Source of the DNA: Selaginella moellendorffii
Taxonomy: Eukaryota; Plantae; Lycopodiophyta
Assembly: GCF_000143415.4 (NCBI RefSeq)
Contig: NW_003314351.1
Coordinates: forward strand, 183,490-247,489
Direction of reading: 5' to 3'
Length of the DNA: 64,000 bases
In this document: positions 36,771-47,409 of the stretch, piece after piece
Layout of the letters: the number at the start of each line of letters is the position of its first letter
Position numbering within the stretch: position 1 is the stretch's first letter
The notes under the pieces: model-generated
Database searches by the model: none
Told to the model about the DNA's origin: nothing
What the model saw: the letters and a program-made list of their open reading frames with translations, nothing else
Program-made: the position numbers and the translations under genes

Positions 36771-37935
36771 AAAAGGCCAGAATGGTGGTCAGTCTTCGAT
36801 CTTCCTCACAGGTTCTTCTTTTCCTTCGCTTGTTTTTTCCTTCGCTGACTTTGTCACTGCACAGCAGATCCAAATGTCGAAATCCTCGAAAAGGAAGCAA
36901 AAAGAAAACCAAAAATCTGGTACGTTTCTTTTGTCAGGATTAAGAGGGCTCTTCAAGTTTGAAGTTTTAAGTTCCAGGTGCTGCTGCTATGATCCGGCAC
37001 GAATTACAGTGTTCCACTTAAACAGCGAGGCTTCGCTGATTCACAGCGCAGCATTATGACACACGACGCGGCGACAGACGAACAAACGATGAAGCAGAAG
37101 AAAGACGACATTGATTGGCCTCCTCCTGCTCGCACCTTTTCTTCTTCCAGTGGGAGATGATGCTTACAGGTACCAAAAAATCGCTCTCTTTTTTTCGCTC
37201 TCATTGCTCAAGCCAAACTTTTTTTCCCACCACCACCGCCTATAAACTCTAAAGTGTGTTTGGTGTGATAGAGAGGAGCTTTTAGATTATTGTCCTTGAT
37301 CGCGACCATCATCCAGTCTCTGTGAAAAAACAAAGAGAAAGGCTCGCCAACGCCATAGCCAGAAAGCTGTCACGCACATACACACACAGAGTGTGCGCGC
37401 TGCTACATTACACTACACTCCAACAGTCAAACAGAGCCGCGAATATCCCGTGCCGAGAGAAGAAATATACCCCTCGCCGTACACGTGTCACGCACCGGGC
37501 TCCACCTAACACCCCCGTTGCCTTCCGCGCAGCTTCGCCAGACCGACGGAATATCCGCTGGCCGCCCGGATATCCCGACGGCGCGGGGCCCGCGCGGTGG
37601 CCGCGCGGGCGGCCACCGCGGTAGCAGTTCCACCATATCTGGTGGCGTGTGAAGGGTGAGGTGTGCCCTCCCCGCGCGGTGTGCGTGTGTGGGTCTTATC
37701 CCTTGTGTGTGGTGTGGGGATTTCCATGAGTCTATGATCGAATACCATGGATGTGTCATCCATCCATCCATAGCACCCCCATTCACCATTCTTGTAGGGA
37801 GGCTACCACTATAGTTACTACTACTGGCCCTGGCGCTGGCCCTTAAAAATTGGGCGCTTTTTATGTGGTGCTGTGGTGCCATGTATGTATGTGCTGCAAC
37901 GCCGCGGGAGCGGGCGTGACACATTGTCTTATGGA

Positions 37936-40900
37936 ATGGCGGACAAGGACACCCACCCCCACCACTATCCCTCCTCCTCTTCTCCACCGCCTCCTCCTCC
38001 TCCTCCGCCGCCACATTCTTTGCCCTCATCGTCTGGCGCGGCGCCTTGCTCCTCCTCCGCCACCGCCGCCGCCGCCTCCCAGCGCCACCAGCGCCTCCTC
38101 CAGGGCACGAATCTCAAGCAGCAGCAGCACAGCGCCGCGGATCTACGGCGAAATCCCGGTGTGAAGCACGGCGTTGCGAATCACAAGCCCGGCGGGGTGA
38201 ATCTGCGGCAGACGCAACAGGTTCTTGTCAATCACAGGCAGGATCTTGCGCGGCCCGAGCATAATCTCGCGAAGAAGCCAGCGGCTGGGCAGGTTCTCGC
38301 GCGGCACGAGCATAATCTCGCGAAGCAGCCAGCGGCTGGGCAGAATCTCCCGCGGCACGAGCACAATCTCGCGAGGCAGCCAGCGGCTGGGCAGAATATT
38401 GCGAATCACAAGCACGGGGCCGGGAATCACCACGGCAAGCTGCCAAAGAAGCCGTCCTCGTCGATCCAGCAGCCGATCGAGGCTAAGAAGGTCCCGGCGC
38501 CGGTTTCTAGCACAAAGCCCGTCACCAAGCCCCGATCTTCGCGTGACGATGAGGCATCCGCGCTCTCTCCCAAGAAGAAGCAGCTCAAGCTCATTCTTAA
38601 GCTCCGGAAGCCTCAGCAGGACGGCCCCGAGCTCCCACCGCCCCCCCAGGGCGTGAGATCTAAGGCCCCGGCCTCGAATGGCGTCGCGTCTACAGGTCTA
38701 GGGTCTGGATCTAGCGGGCTCTCCTCGCCGTCAGGGGTTACGAGGTCGAGGCATCCAGAGGCTAGATCGAATGGCACGGCGGCAGCAGCCACAGCAGCTG
38801 GAGGGTCCGTGGAGCATCGCCAAAGAACACCAGCAGCCGTTACTACTACCACTACCACTACCAGTGCCAGTGCTAGCGAGTCCATGGAAGACGAGGGCTT
38901 GCAACAGCATTCTTCTAGGAAACGAAAGTTTAGGGACGCCCCCGAGGGCACAGGCGAGGAGGAGAAGGTCGCAGCCTCCACAGCCGATGCCGAAGATGGT
39001 TCCAAGCGGAGAATGAAGGTATGGCTAGTCGTTTGTGTTTGATCACTTAACTGAGTTTGCTCATCTTAGCAACAGGAGAAAGATGTGAGATTTGTTCCAA
39101 CACCGACTTCCGGTTAGTATTACTCTTGGATTTCACGGTTCCGAGAATTAATGGGTGCGTTGCGTCTTCCAGGACTGCTTGAGAATGGTTCTCCTCCACA
39201 CAGGGTCCTTGAAGAGCTTCTGGAGAGATTCCAAAAGTGAGTTCAGTAATTGTTTCCAATTTTGCGGAGCGAGCATTGCTTATGGTTTCTGGTTTGTAGG
39301 AAAGATACATACGGAGTTTTTGCTGAGCCAGTTGATCCTGAAGAGGTCTGTTCAGCCGTGTGATATCCCTCATTGCAGGTCGCTTATTTGGTTTCGTTGC
39401 AGATACCAGATTACCTGGACATCATCAAGGAGCCCATGGATTTCAGTACGATAAAAAAGAAACTCTCCAAGGGAGCATACGGATCCATTGAGCTTTTTGA
39501 GGTGAGAGCTCATATTTCTTCCGGGAACTGTTGACTAATTGTCTCCTATCGCAGAGGGATGTTAATTTAATTTGCAGCAACGCTATGAAATACAACGCTC
39601 CGAGAACAATTTATTACAAACAGGTCTGAGCTTGTTAAACTTTCAAACTGATTCTTACAGTTTGCACCGATAATAAACAGGCCAAAGCTATCAAGGACAT
39701 CGCCCGAAAAGCTTTTGATGTCTTGAAAGGTCGGCTCAACGGTCAACGCAAGGGCCCTGGGAAACAATCCAAACTAAAGCGGTGTACAACCAGAAGGTTT
39801 TCTGAACAACAAGGCTCAGATGTAACGCCCGGGGCTGGCTTAGCGGATGGAAAGAAGGCATCGACCATTGACCGGGTGGCTGATTTATCTCACAAGTCAA
39901 ATTCTCCATTTCAAAGTTCTGCAAACGATTTCGAATTTCCGGAAGGTATGAAAACGCTGCTGTTTGCGCTTCATTAATCGTATTGATCCCCTGTGCGTGT
40001 TACTTTCAGGTTCTTTATCAAAAGCTGCCTCTCTCAAGGACGGACGCCGACTGCTTACTGTCGATGAGAATCGTCGTCACACTTACCGTCCTCCCGAGCC
40101 TTTTGAGGACGCTGTTGTCGCACAAATTGTTCCGGTAAGCATTATTCCCGCCCGCCTCATGATGCTGATAGATTTTGTATTGTAGTCTGGAGTTCAATAT
40201 GGTGGCTCGTATGCTCAAAGCCTCGCCTTGTTCGGTGCAAACTTCAAGCGTCCGGCCTGGGACTTTGTTGCAAGGAAGATTCGTAAGGTTTTGGCTCCAA
40301 ATGTTCCGTTTGGTCCCGGTTGGGTTGGAGAGCATGAGAAGTCTTCACGACCTGACTGCATACGAACCGAGCCCGCCGCACAACAGATTCTTCCAAGGGA
40401 CGAGGCCAAGGACTCATCACAGCAACCTCCTGCGATTGAAGTACCATCCAGCACGGCAACTACTTCTGCCGGTGCTCCTGCGGCGCCTGTACAGCTTCCA
40501 TTCAGGCCGACTGTCTCGAAAGTTTTCGACGTACAACAGCAGCACCAGCACCAGCACCAGCACCAGCAGCACCATCACCAGCACAGGAACGGGGTTCAAA
40601 ACTACAGGAACGTCGAGGCAGTGGCCCAGCAGCAGCAGCAACAGCAGCAGCCACAGCAGCAGCAGCAGCAGCAGATAAAGAAGCCGCCCGCGAGGTTTCC
40701 TCCTCCGCTCCAAAGAGATCATCCAGGCGGTAGTGCAGCAGCTGAGAACCAAGCCGAGGCAAGCAGGTATCCAGCTCCAGCACCTCCTAAGTTTGGTCCA
40801 AACGGTAGCGTAGGATTTTCAGGCATGGACGCGTCGAGGGGCGCGTGGTCGCTGCAGAAAGCCTTGGGGGTCCAGGAATCAGGCGCAAGAGACAAGAGCA

Positions 40901-41541
40901 GCAGCAGTGGCGGTGGTTTGCCGCGAGTGTTTGGACAGGAGCATGCGAATCCAGGCCGGTCCAACGCCGAACCAGCGGCGGCGGCATCCGTTCCGTCCAC
41001 CATGGCGTTCCATGGCTTGTCGGCGTACGGTAACAGCAGCGGCAACGCCACGAGCGCCGGGGGCCCGTTGTTTGGAATGCCGGGGCTCGGCGGCCAAGGC
41101 ATGATGGCGAAACAATCTGCTACCGCAACACCACCACAACAACCGCAACCGCAACAACACCACCACCAGCAACAGCAACTGAGGCCGGACATGAACGCGA
41201 GCAGTGCCGATTTTTTTAGGCAGCAAAGCCATGACTTCCACCTCAAGGAGCAGCAGCAGCAGCAGCAGCAGATGGGGGTGTACAACGCGATCTCGCAGTC
41301 CTTGTTGCAGCCTTGGAAGTCTCACAGGTTTCAACCGCAGCAGCAGCAGCAGCTTCACCACCTTCACCAGCAACAACAGCAACAACAGCATCATCAGCAG
41401 CAACACCAACACCATCACAATCAACTGCAGCTGAGACCGCTTCCTCCGGATTTGAACGTTCGCCTCCAGTCTCCGAAGTCCCCACAGCACCAGGCTCAAT
41501 CCCAACTCTTGCTGAACTTACAGCAGCAGCAGCAGCAGCAT

Positions 41542-41573
<32 letters not shown>

Positions 41574-41604
41574 CCAGCAGCCAGATTTGGCTTTACAACT
41601 GTAA
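37936..41604 (+). CDS. Bromodomain protein (plant BRD7/9-like) with Q/H-rich regions
   Basis: KDTYGVFAEPVDPEE|IPDYLDIIKEPMDFSTIKKKL...CSNAMKYNAPRTIYYKQAKAI bromodomain, ENRR.TY, YAQSLALFGA, PFGPGWVGE, and C-terminal PPDLNVR...QPDLALQL. Confidence 0.88.
38242..38394 (+). repeat. Three copies of a 51-nt coding tandem repeat (17 aa, LAR(H/P)EHNLA(K/R)(Q/K)PAAGQ)
   Basis: Directly visible repeats of gagcataatctcgcgaagcagccagcggctgggcag. Confidence 0.85.
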
Positions 41605-41870
41605 TCTGAGGGTTCCTCCTCTCCTCCTTTTTTTTCTTGTCATATTGTACGGTCCTGTATATAGACCAATCCGCCGTTTTGTCCTCCTGGAAAACGCAAA
41701 GATGATGTCTTAGTGTACTAGAGTCTCTTTTTTTTTTTCATAAAAAATGTCTGGAAAATGTTGCATAAGAAATATCCTTTAGTTTATGATTTAACGGACC
41801 TTACATGACAAATGATACTATACACGCTTTATTGTCCAACCAATGTGATTATTGACAAAATACAGTGCTG

Positions 41871-44800
41871 TCATGACTCGTCCTCCTTGCCCAGATTCAC
41901 AAACGATAGAGGTTGGAATTTGTAGCCGTCGCCAACGTAAAACTTGTTCATAAATTCCACCCAGTGGAGACGAAGCGCGTGGAGGAATGCGCTCAATGTT
42001 TCCATTACCAGCAGAACGCCAACCGTGGCGCACACGAACACGATGAAGCCAATCAATATGATGAAGATGTTTTGATACCTGATGAACAGAGATTTTAAGA
42101 TTCGAAAGATGACAGCGATCTTATACTTACCCCCAGGCGAGCAGCAACACTTTCTCGTAAAACACGGCCGAAAGTTCTGCATGGGCCAAACTGCAACGGA
42201 GAAAAACGTGTCAGGAGGCTTCCCAAAGTCGCCGGAAGTCGGAATTGTTACCTCAATGCCCACAGACGAAGATACGATGCGGTGTTTGAGACAGCCCCCA
42301 ACACGAACTCGATCGTGTGTATCAACTGATGTACGAAAATCTCGCTGAACTCAAACTCTTCATGCTCTTCGTCCGGATGCTCTTCAAGGCCGGCGTAGCC
42401 TTCTCCTTGCGTCTTCTGCCAAAGACAATAATGAGGAACAAGACATCCAACAAGCGCAAAAGCACCTCGAGGTGTTGCTTTCGGAGAATCAATGGTTTTG
42501 GAAGAAGCATCCAAGGAACTGATATCAGCGCAATAAACAGCAGCGCCAGCTGTGCAAGTTGACAAGCTCAACAAAACCGAACTGAAAAACAAACTCGACG
42601 ACAATACCTGGAAGTACTTCTGGCCAGCAAACAGCTGATTCCCGTCAAGGTCGTCTGTCGGGCCTAGAAACATATAAATCATGACATGGTATAAGTCGGC
42701 CTGCGATCCGGTGATCCACTTTAGAATTATTAGAAAGGATAGGTAGCCGAAGAGCGAGCTGAGGAAAAGTATCTGCGGTAAAAACTGAAACCTGCAATGC
42801 GAAGGATTTTAGAACTACTGTTTGGACAATCTCACGAGCTTACCAGATATCGAGCGGCTGAGCGAAGTATACAGCGTTGAACAAACTGAGAACGATACCC
42901 AGTAACATCTGAGCGACTCCAAGAATAATGGACATCTTCATCTTCAAAGAATTCAAAAAAGGTAACTCGCTGCGACTGCCATGCCAAACAGGATCCACAC
43001 CGAACGCATAAGGTTTATCACGGTATTTGACCAAGCCTACCGTGGTAGATTCACTAGAAAAAAAAGCGGTAAGAAAGAGAGCTCGATATTGTAGAAAGAT
43101 ATATACCTGCAAGACGGAGTTTCACACTTGTATGCAGAGCGTCCAAATATTTCGAACGGTACAGAGAAAAATTCGTTGTAGATGAAGCCCGTATAGATTG
43201 AGAAAAGAGACATGAGAAGCAGCACGTATCTACCGGCAAATGCCATTTCCATGATGTCTCCCAGTTTCTGTTTTTAAGCTCAGAATAAAACACTGAAGAA
43301 GAGGAAAACCAAACGAACCTGACTTCCAAGTCTCCTCTCGTTTACAAGCAGCCAGAGAGTTGCCAGGAGCAAGACAATTCCGTGACCCCAGTCTCCAAAC
43401 ATGACCGCGAATAGAAATGGAAATGTCACGATGGTGAAAACTCCCGGGTTTGCTTCTTGATATCTTCCAACACTGGAGACCAAAAGACCATAAGACTCAG
43501 CCAATAATGGTTCACAAGCTTACCCATATGCATCCACGATTTCCTGGAAGGCTGACGTGAATTTATTAACTTGGAAATACGTTGGTGGAGCCTCCTTTGT
43601 GTGAAGAACTTGGAAAATGGTTGTGACTTGCGAGTTCGTTTCAACTGTTGCATATCGCAATGTGTCTTGGATCTGAGTAGCCAAGAAAGCTGAGAACTGG
43701 AAAGAAGCAAATATAAATTAAATCACTTACGCGTGGTAAAGCCCCCAACGGAGACCAAGCCTCACCAACGAGGCACTTGCTCGTCACGTCCATACTCAGC
43801 ATGTTTAGCGCATTATAAACGTATTTATCTTTCAGAACCATTTCGAGCCAGTGTTCCAGCTGATAGCCTATTGTTTTCAGCACGGTTTCCCGATGGTCAC
43901 TACTAACATCGAGAGTTGTTTGCATCTCAGACAGTCTGGCTGAAACCTGCCAACAGTAATCACGTTAAATCAAGTTATGATGCGGGCAGCCAAACCTCTA
44001 TTCTCATTTGACGTCTTTTAAGAGTTTCTTCTGGGAAAGGGTACCGGTTGGCTCCAAAAGCATCGCAAATCTTCAAAATTTTGGTACGTGATCTTTCACC
44101 GGAAAAGAAGACCAAAAACACGACTTTTTCCACCTGAGTAAGGCTCATAGTTAGAACAAGACGATTATCACAGTATTAGCAACACACCTGGTCGCCGGTG
44201 GCAGGATCACTAACTCGCTCGTCAAGTGGTACGCATTTGTAAAACATGTTGCCACGAGTGGCTCTGAAGATGATACGCTCGAATTGGTTGGCTTTATGTT
44301 TTGGAATAACGCCAGCGATAAACCCGACTTTTAGTTTTTTGCTGGGCTCGACTTGCATTTCCTGCAGTAAGTCGATAAAATAATCACAACACTGAAACAC
44401 AAAAATTACCCGTTCTAGCAGCGGACTCTCAATAGACTCGCCACCACTGATCGACTCGTCCTCCCTCTGTTGCGAATTTGCATTTTGACGCGCACTCTCA
44501 AAAAATGCACCGGCCTGCACGAAGTTGACATCACCATTTAGAATTACACACGCTATGGCGTACCTTGTCCAGCACGAGAAGGAACTCCGTAAGTTCATTG
44601 CGGGTGCGCTTCAACTTCTCGAGGTTGGAGTTCACTTCCCTGAATTCTGGCTCCAGTTCATTGATTTTCACCTGTAAATGTCGTGCCAAAATTAAAAGAA
44701 AGAAAAATAAGGGGTTAGGCATTCCATCGCTCATACCTCCAACTCATCGAAGTTGAGATCGCTCTCTACAGCCGACGGCGTCGATGCGAGTCCTGATTTT

Positions 44801-45152
44801 TGGAGCTGGTCCGAGAAGTACTGGAGTTTGCGAAGCATCTCATCGCAGCGTTTCACCTGAAATACAACATAGTCATCGACTTACAGATATATACGTCGAA
44901 ATGAATGAGAACAAACCTGGTTAGCGTAAGTTCTCTGAAAGGGGCTTTTTTCCGGGTTAAGCTGCAAGAACACATCAAATAACGTGAAATCTTCAGCTCA
45001 TTCTATCAAATCCTTACATCTTTGAATTGGAGGGCTCCCAATTCCGCCAAATGCGTGAGCGTGCCGTGGGCCGATTCCACCGGGATGATGAGCTGCACTA
45101 GCGTCATATCCTCGGACCGAAACAGATGCATCTTCGGCATGTCCAGGCCCAT
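41871..45152 (-). CDS. VHA-a: Vacuolar H+-ATPase V0 subunit a (multi-exon)
   Basis: [107 protein letters not shown] and [10 protein letters not shown]. Confidence 0.95.
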
Positions 45153-45375
45153 GGCTGCCCGCCGCGACACCGAAATCCTCGATCTAAATCTAGAAGCCTA
45201 CTCCCTCAGCTCGAATTTCAGATCAAGTCCCGCATTGGAATCCCCCTCGCCGCGTCGGAGCTGCGCGCTCCGCAAACCCTAATCGAGTATAGCTCCAGCA
45301 CAAAACCCTAGAAACATGTGCCACGAAGCAATAAAACATGGCCAAAAAGAAACAGGAAAGGAGAAATAAAATAGA

Positions 45376-45460
45376 TCCAACTTGCCAGATTCGAACTAGC
45401 GACCTAAGGATATCTGCAACACATTACAGTCCTCCGCTCTGCCAACTGAGCTAAAGTCGG
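45376..45460 (-). tRNA. trnY-GUA: tRNA-Tyr(GUA) with a 12-nt intron
   Basis: Reverse complement CCGACTTTAGCTCAGTTGGCAGAGCGGAGGACTGTAA[tgtgttgcagat]ATCCTTAGGTCGCTAGTTCGAATCTGGCAAGTTGGA folds as a cloverleaf with A and B boxes and a downstream T-run. Confidence 0.92.
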
Positions 45461-45639
45461 ATATAGAATCACATCGAAAGGCCACACCATTATTTTTTTC
45501 TTGATCATATAATAGATGATCAATAGTGAGAATAGTAGAGTTAAAATCCAATAACCATGACAAGCGTTGATACGTTGCGGAGAGTATCAAGTTCCAGGGG
45601 GTGAGAGAAAATTTGACTCCTCTTCCTCCATAAAGAGAT

Positions 45640-45900
45640 CTCAATCTTCTATTTAAAGAGAATTTGTGCTGGAACGCCATGATCCAAGAGAGCTTTTGTT
45701 TGAATCAGTCTTTGCGAAAAACCTGATGATGTGAATGCCTACGGTCGCAGCATGAGAGATGCCTTTTGTGCTTTTAACATGGCGCTGCAGAAGAACGCGG
45801 TCTCCTGAAACACTGTACTTGCAGCATATGCCCAAGTTGGGCATATTCCCAGATCAGAAGAGTCTGCATCAAACGTGATTTTTTCTGATGCCTCACAAGA
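45640..45900 (+). pseudogene. PLS-PPR gene fragment
   Basis: CWNAMI and KNAVS*NTVLAAYAQVGHI with an in-frame stop. Confidence 0.6.
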
Positions 45901-47409
45901 ATGTGGTGCCGTGGAATGTTTTGATAAGGAACACACACATCACTCACAGTTAGAATGGTGTCACCAAAGCTCAAACACTGTGCACAGTGTGTGTTGCAAG
46001 GCTTTGTCAATATTCTGATGGTGTCCCCTCCAGTTTAGTGCAATGAAGAACATTGAAAAATTCTTCGCCAGCAGAACGTCCCACAATCTGATCAACTTCT
46101 CAAGTCCGGCAGCAATGAATCAAAAAGCAAAAACATGTAAACAAGGCTCACCAATGAACAAACCGGTTGCACTAAATCTGTATGTTAGTGTTTGAAATAG
46201 TTTGTTGATGACATATACGAGCATATTTAGGAGCGGTTAGGGCTTATGGACGAAGACACCGCTTGGCCTTGACGCACTTACCGAATTGTCAACTAATAAC
46301 AAGTAGAATGGGAACTCTCAAAGTCGTCCTCGGTGGCATTTCTGGCTTCCATTGGCCCAGGTAAGATATTGTGTGGGATTTCGTGGAGGGAGAGCCAGGG
46401 GCAATGGGGATTGGCACAAATCCATGCTTATTCTTCCATTAGCAGTAGAAGATGTGGCTGAGAATGTAACGAATTTCCAGTGCAAGACACACACCAGCGA
46501 AAGATAAGAAAAATGCCAGATCCAAGCAGACAGTGATTGGCTATGGAACATAGCTCAGTGACACTACCAATGCTGCAAAGAAGAAGGAACGAAATAAGAT
46601 GGCGCATGGTGAAAGCAATGAAGCCAAGTAGAAGATGCAAGACGCTCTCACCTGCACGAGAGTTTAGAATGGGAAGACACACCAGTTTGGCTGGTCTCAA
46701 GTACCTGGGATGAGGCGTGGAGCTGGTGTTGAAGTTGTAGTTCCAGAATGTGAGAACTGGATCGACCCGGTGCCTGGGAGTTTTCAAGAGACAAGGGTGG
46801 CAAAAGATCACGGATTAACAAGTTCCGACACTGGTAGAACAGGACCAGGTGATTGCAATAATCACTTTTACTGGTGTGATGATCGATGGAGGTCTCGCCG
46901 GACATAGCACAGTCGTATATCTCTTCTCACATTGGTGCCAAGAACTTCGACACAGGGACGCTAGTCACAGGCGAGTTGTGCAGCTCCGAAAAAGCTCCAC
47001 AAATCGCTCTGCCTTTGGGCTCAGCAGCATTGCGCAAGGTGTGTGCTTCTGCAACTTTTCTTTTCTTTACATCTTGGACTGTCTTTCTCCTCTGATTTTT
47101 CGCAGGCACTCTGAAGCAAGACGATGAAGATCTTCGAGGTGACGTTTCCAATAATGCAAAGCAGCTGGTCTTCCATGCGACATAGTTTCTAAAGGCTGTT
47201 GGAGATTTCCACCAAGAAGAAATTGGCCAAGTAAGTTCTTCTAAATGTAATATTGGTTTTGAAAATGTTTGGCACTCGTCCAGGATTTCTTTGATGAACT
47301 CCATTTCGTTCCCATGACATTGATATTCTACTTGAAGAGCGAGCTGCAACTGCCATAGATTCCTCCAAAGAGACGATAGAACAAGAAAATGGGCTGCTCT
47401 CACGGGAAA

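Noticed and set aside
36874-37204. Small ORFs downstream of the P-class PPR gene
   Set aside because: Short, low-complexity and unsupported; no miR399 or IPS1-like motif seen despite the nearby P1BS sites.
37593-37640. GC hairpin as a Helitron 3' terminus
   Set aside because: No CTRR terminus at the expected distance downstream.
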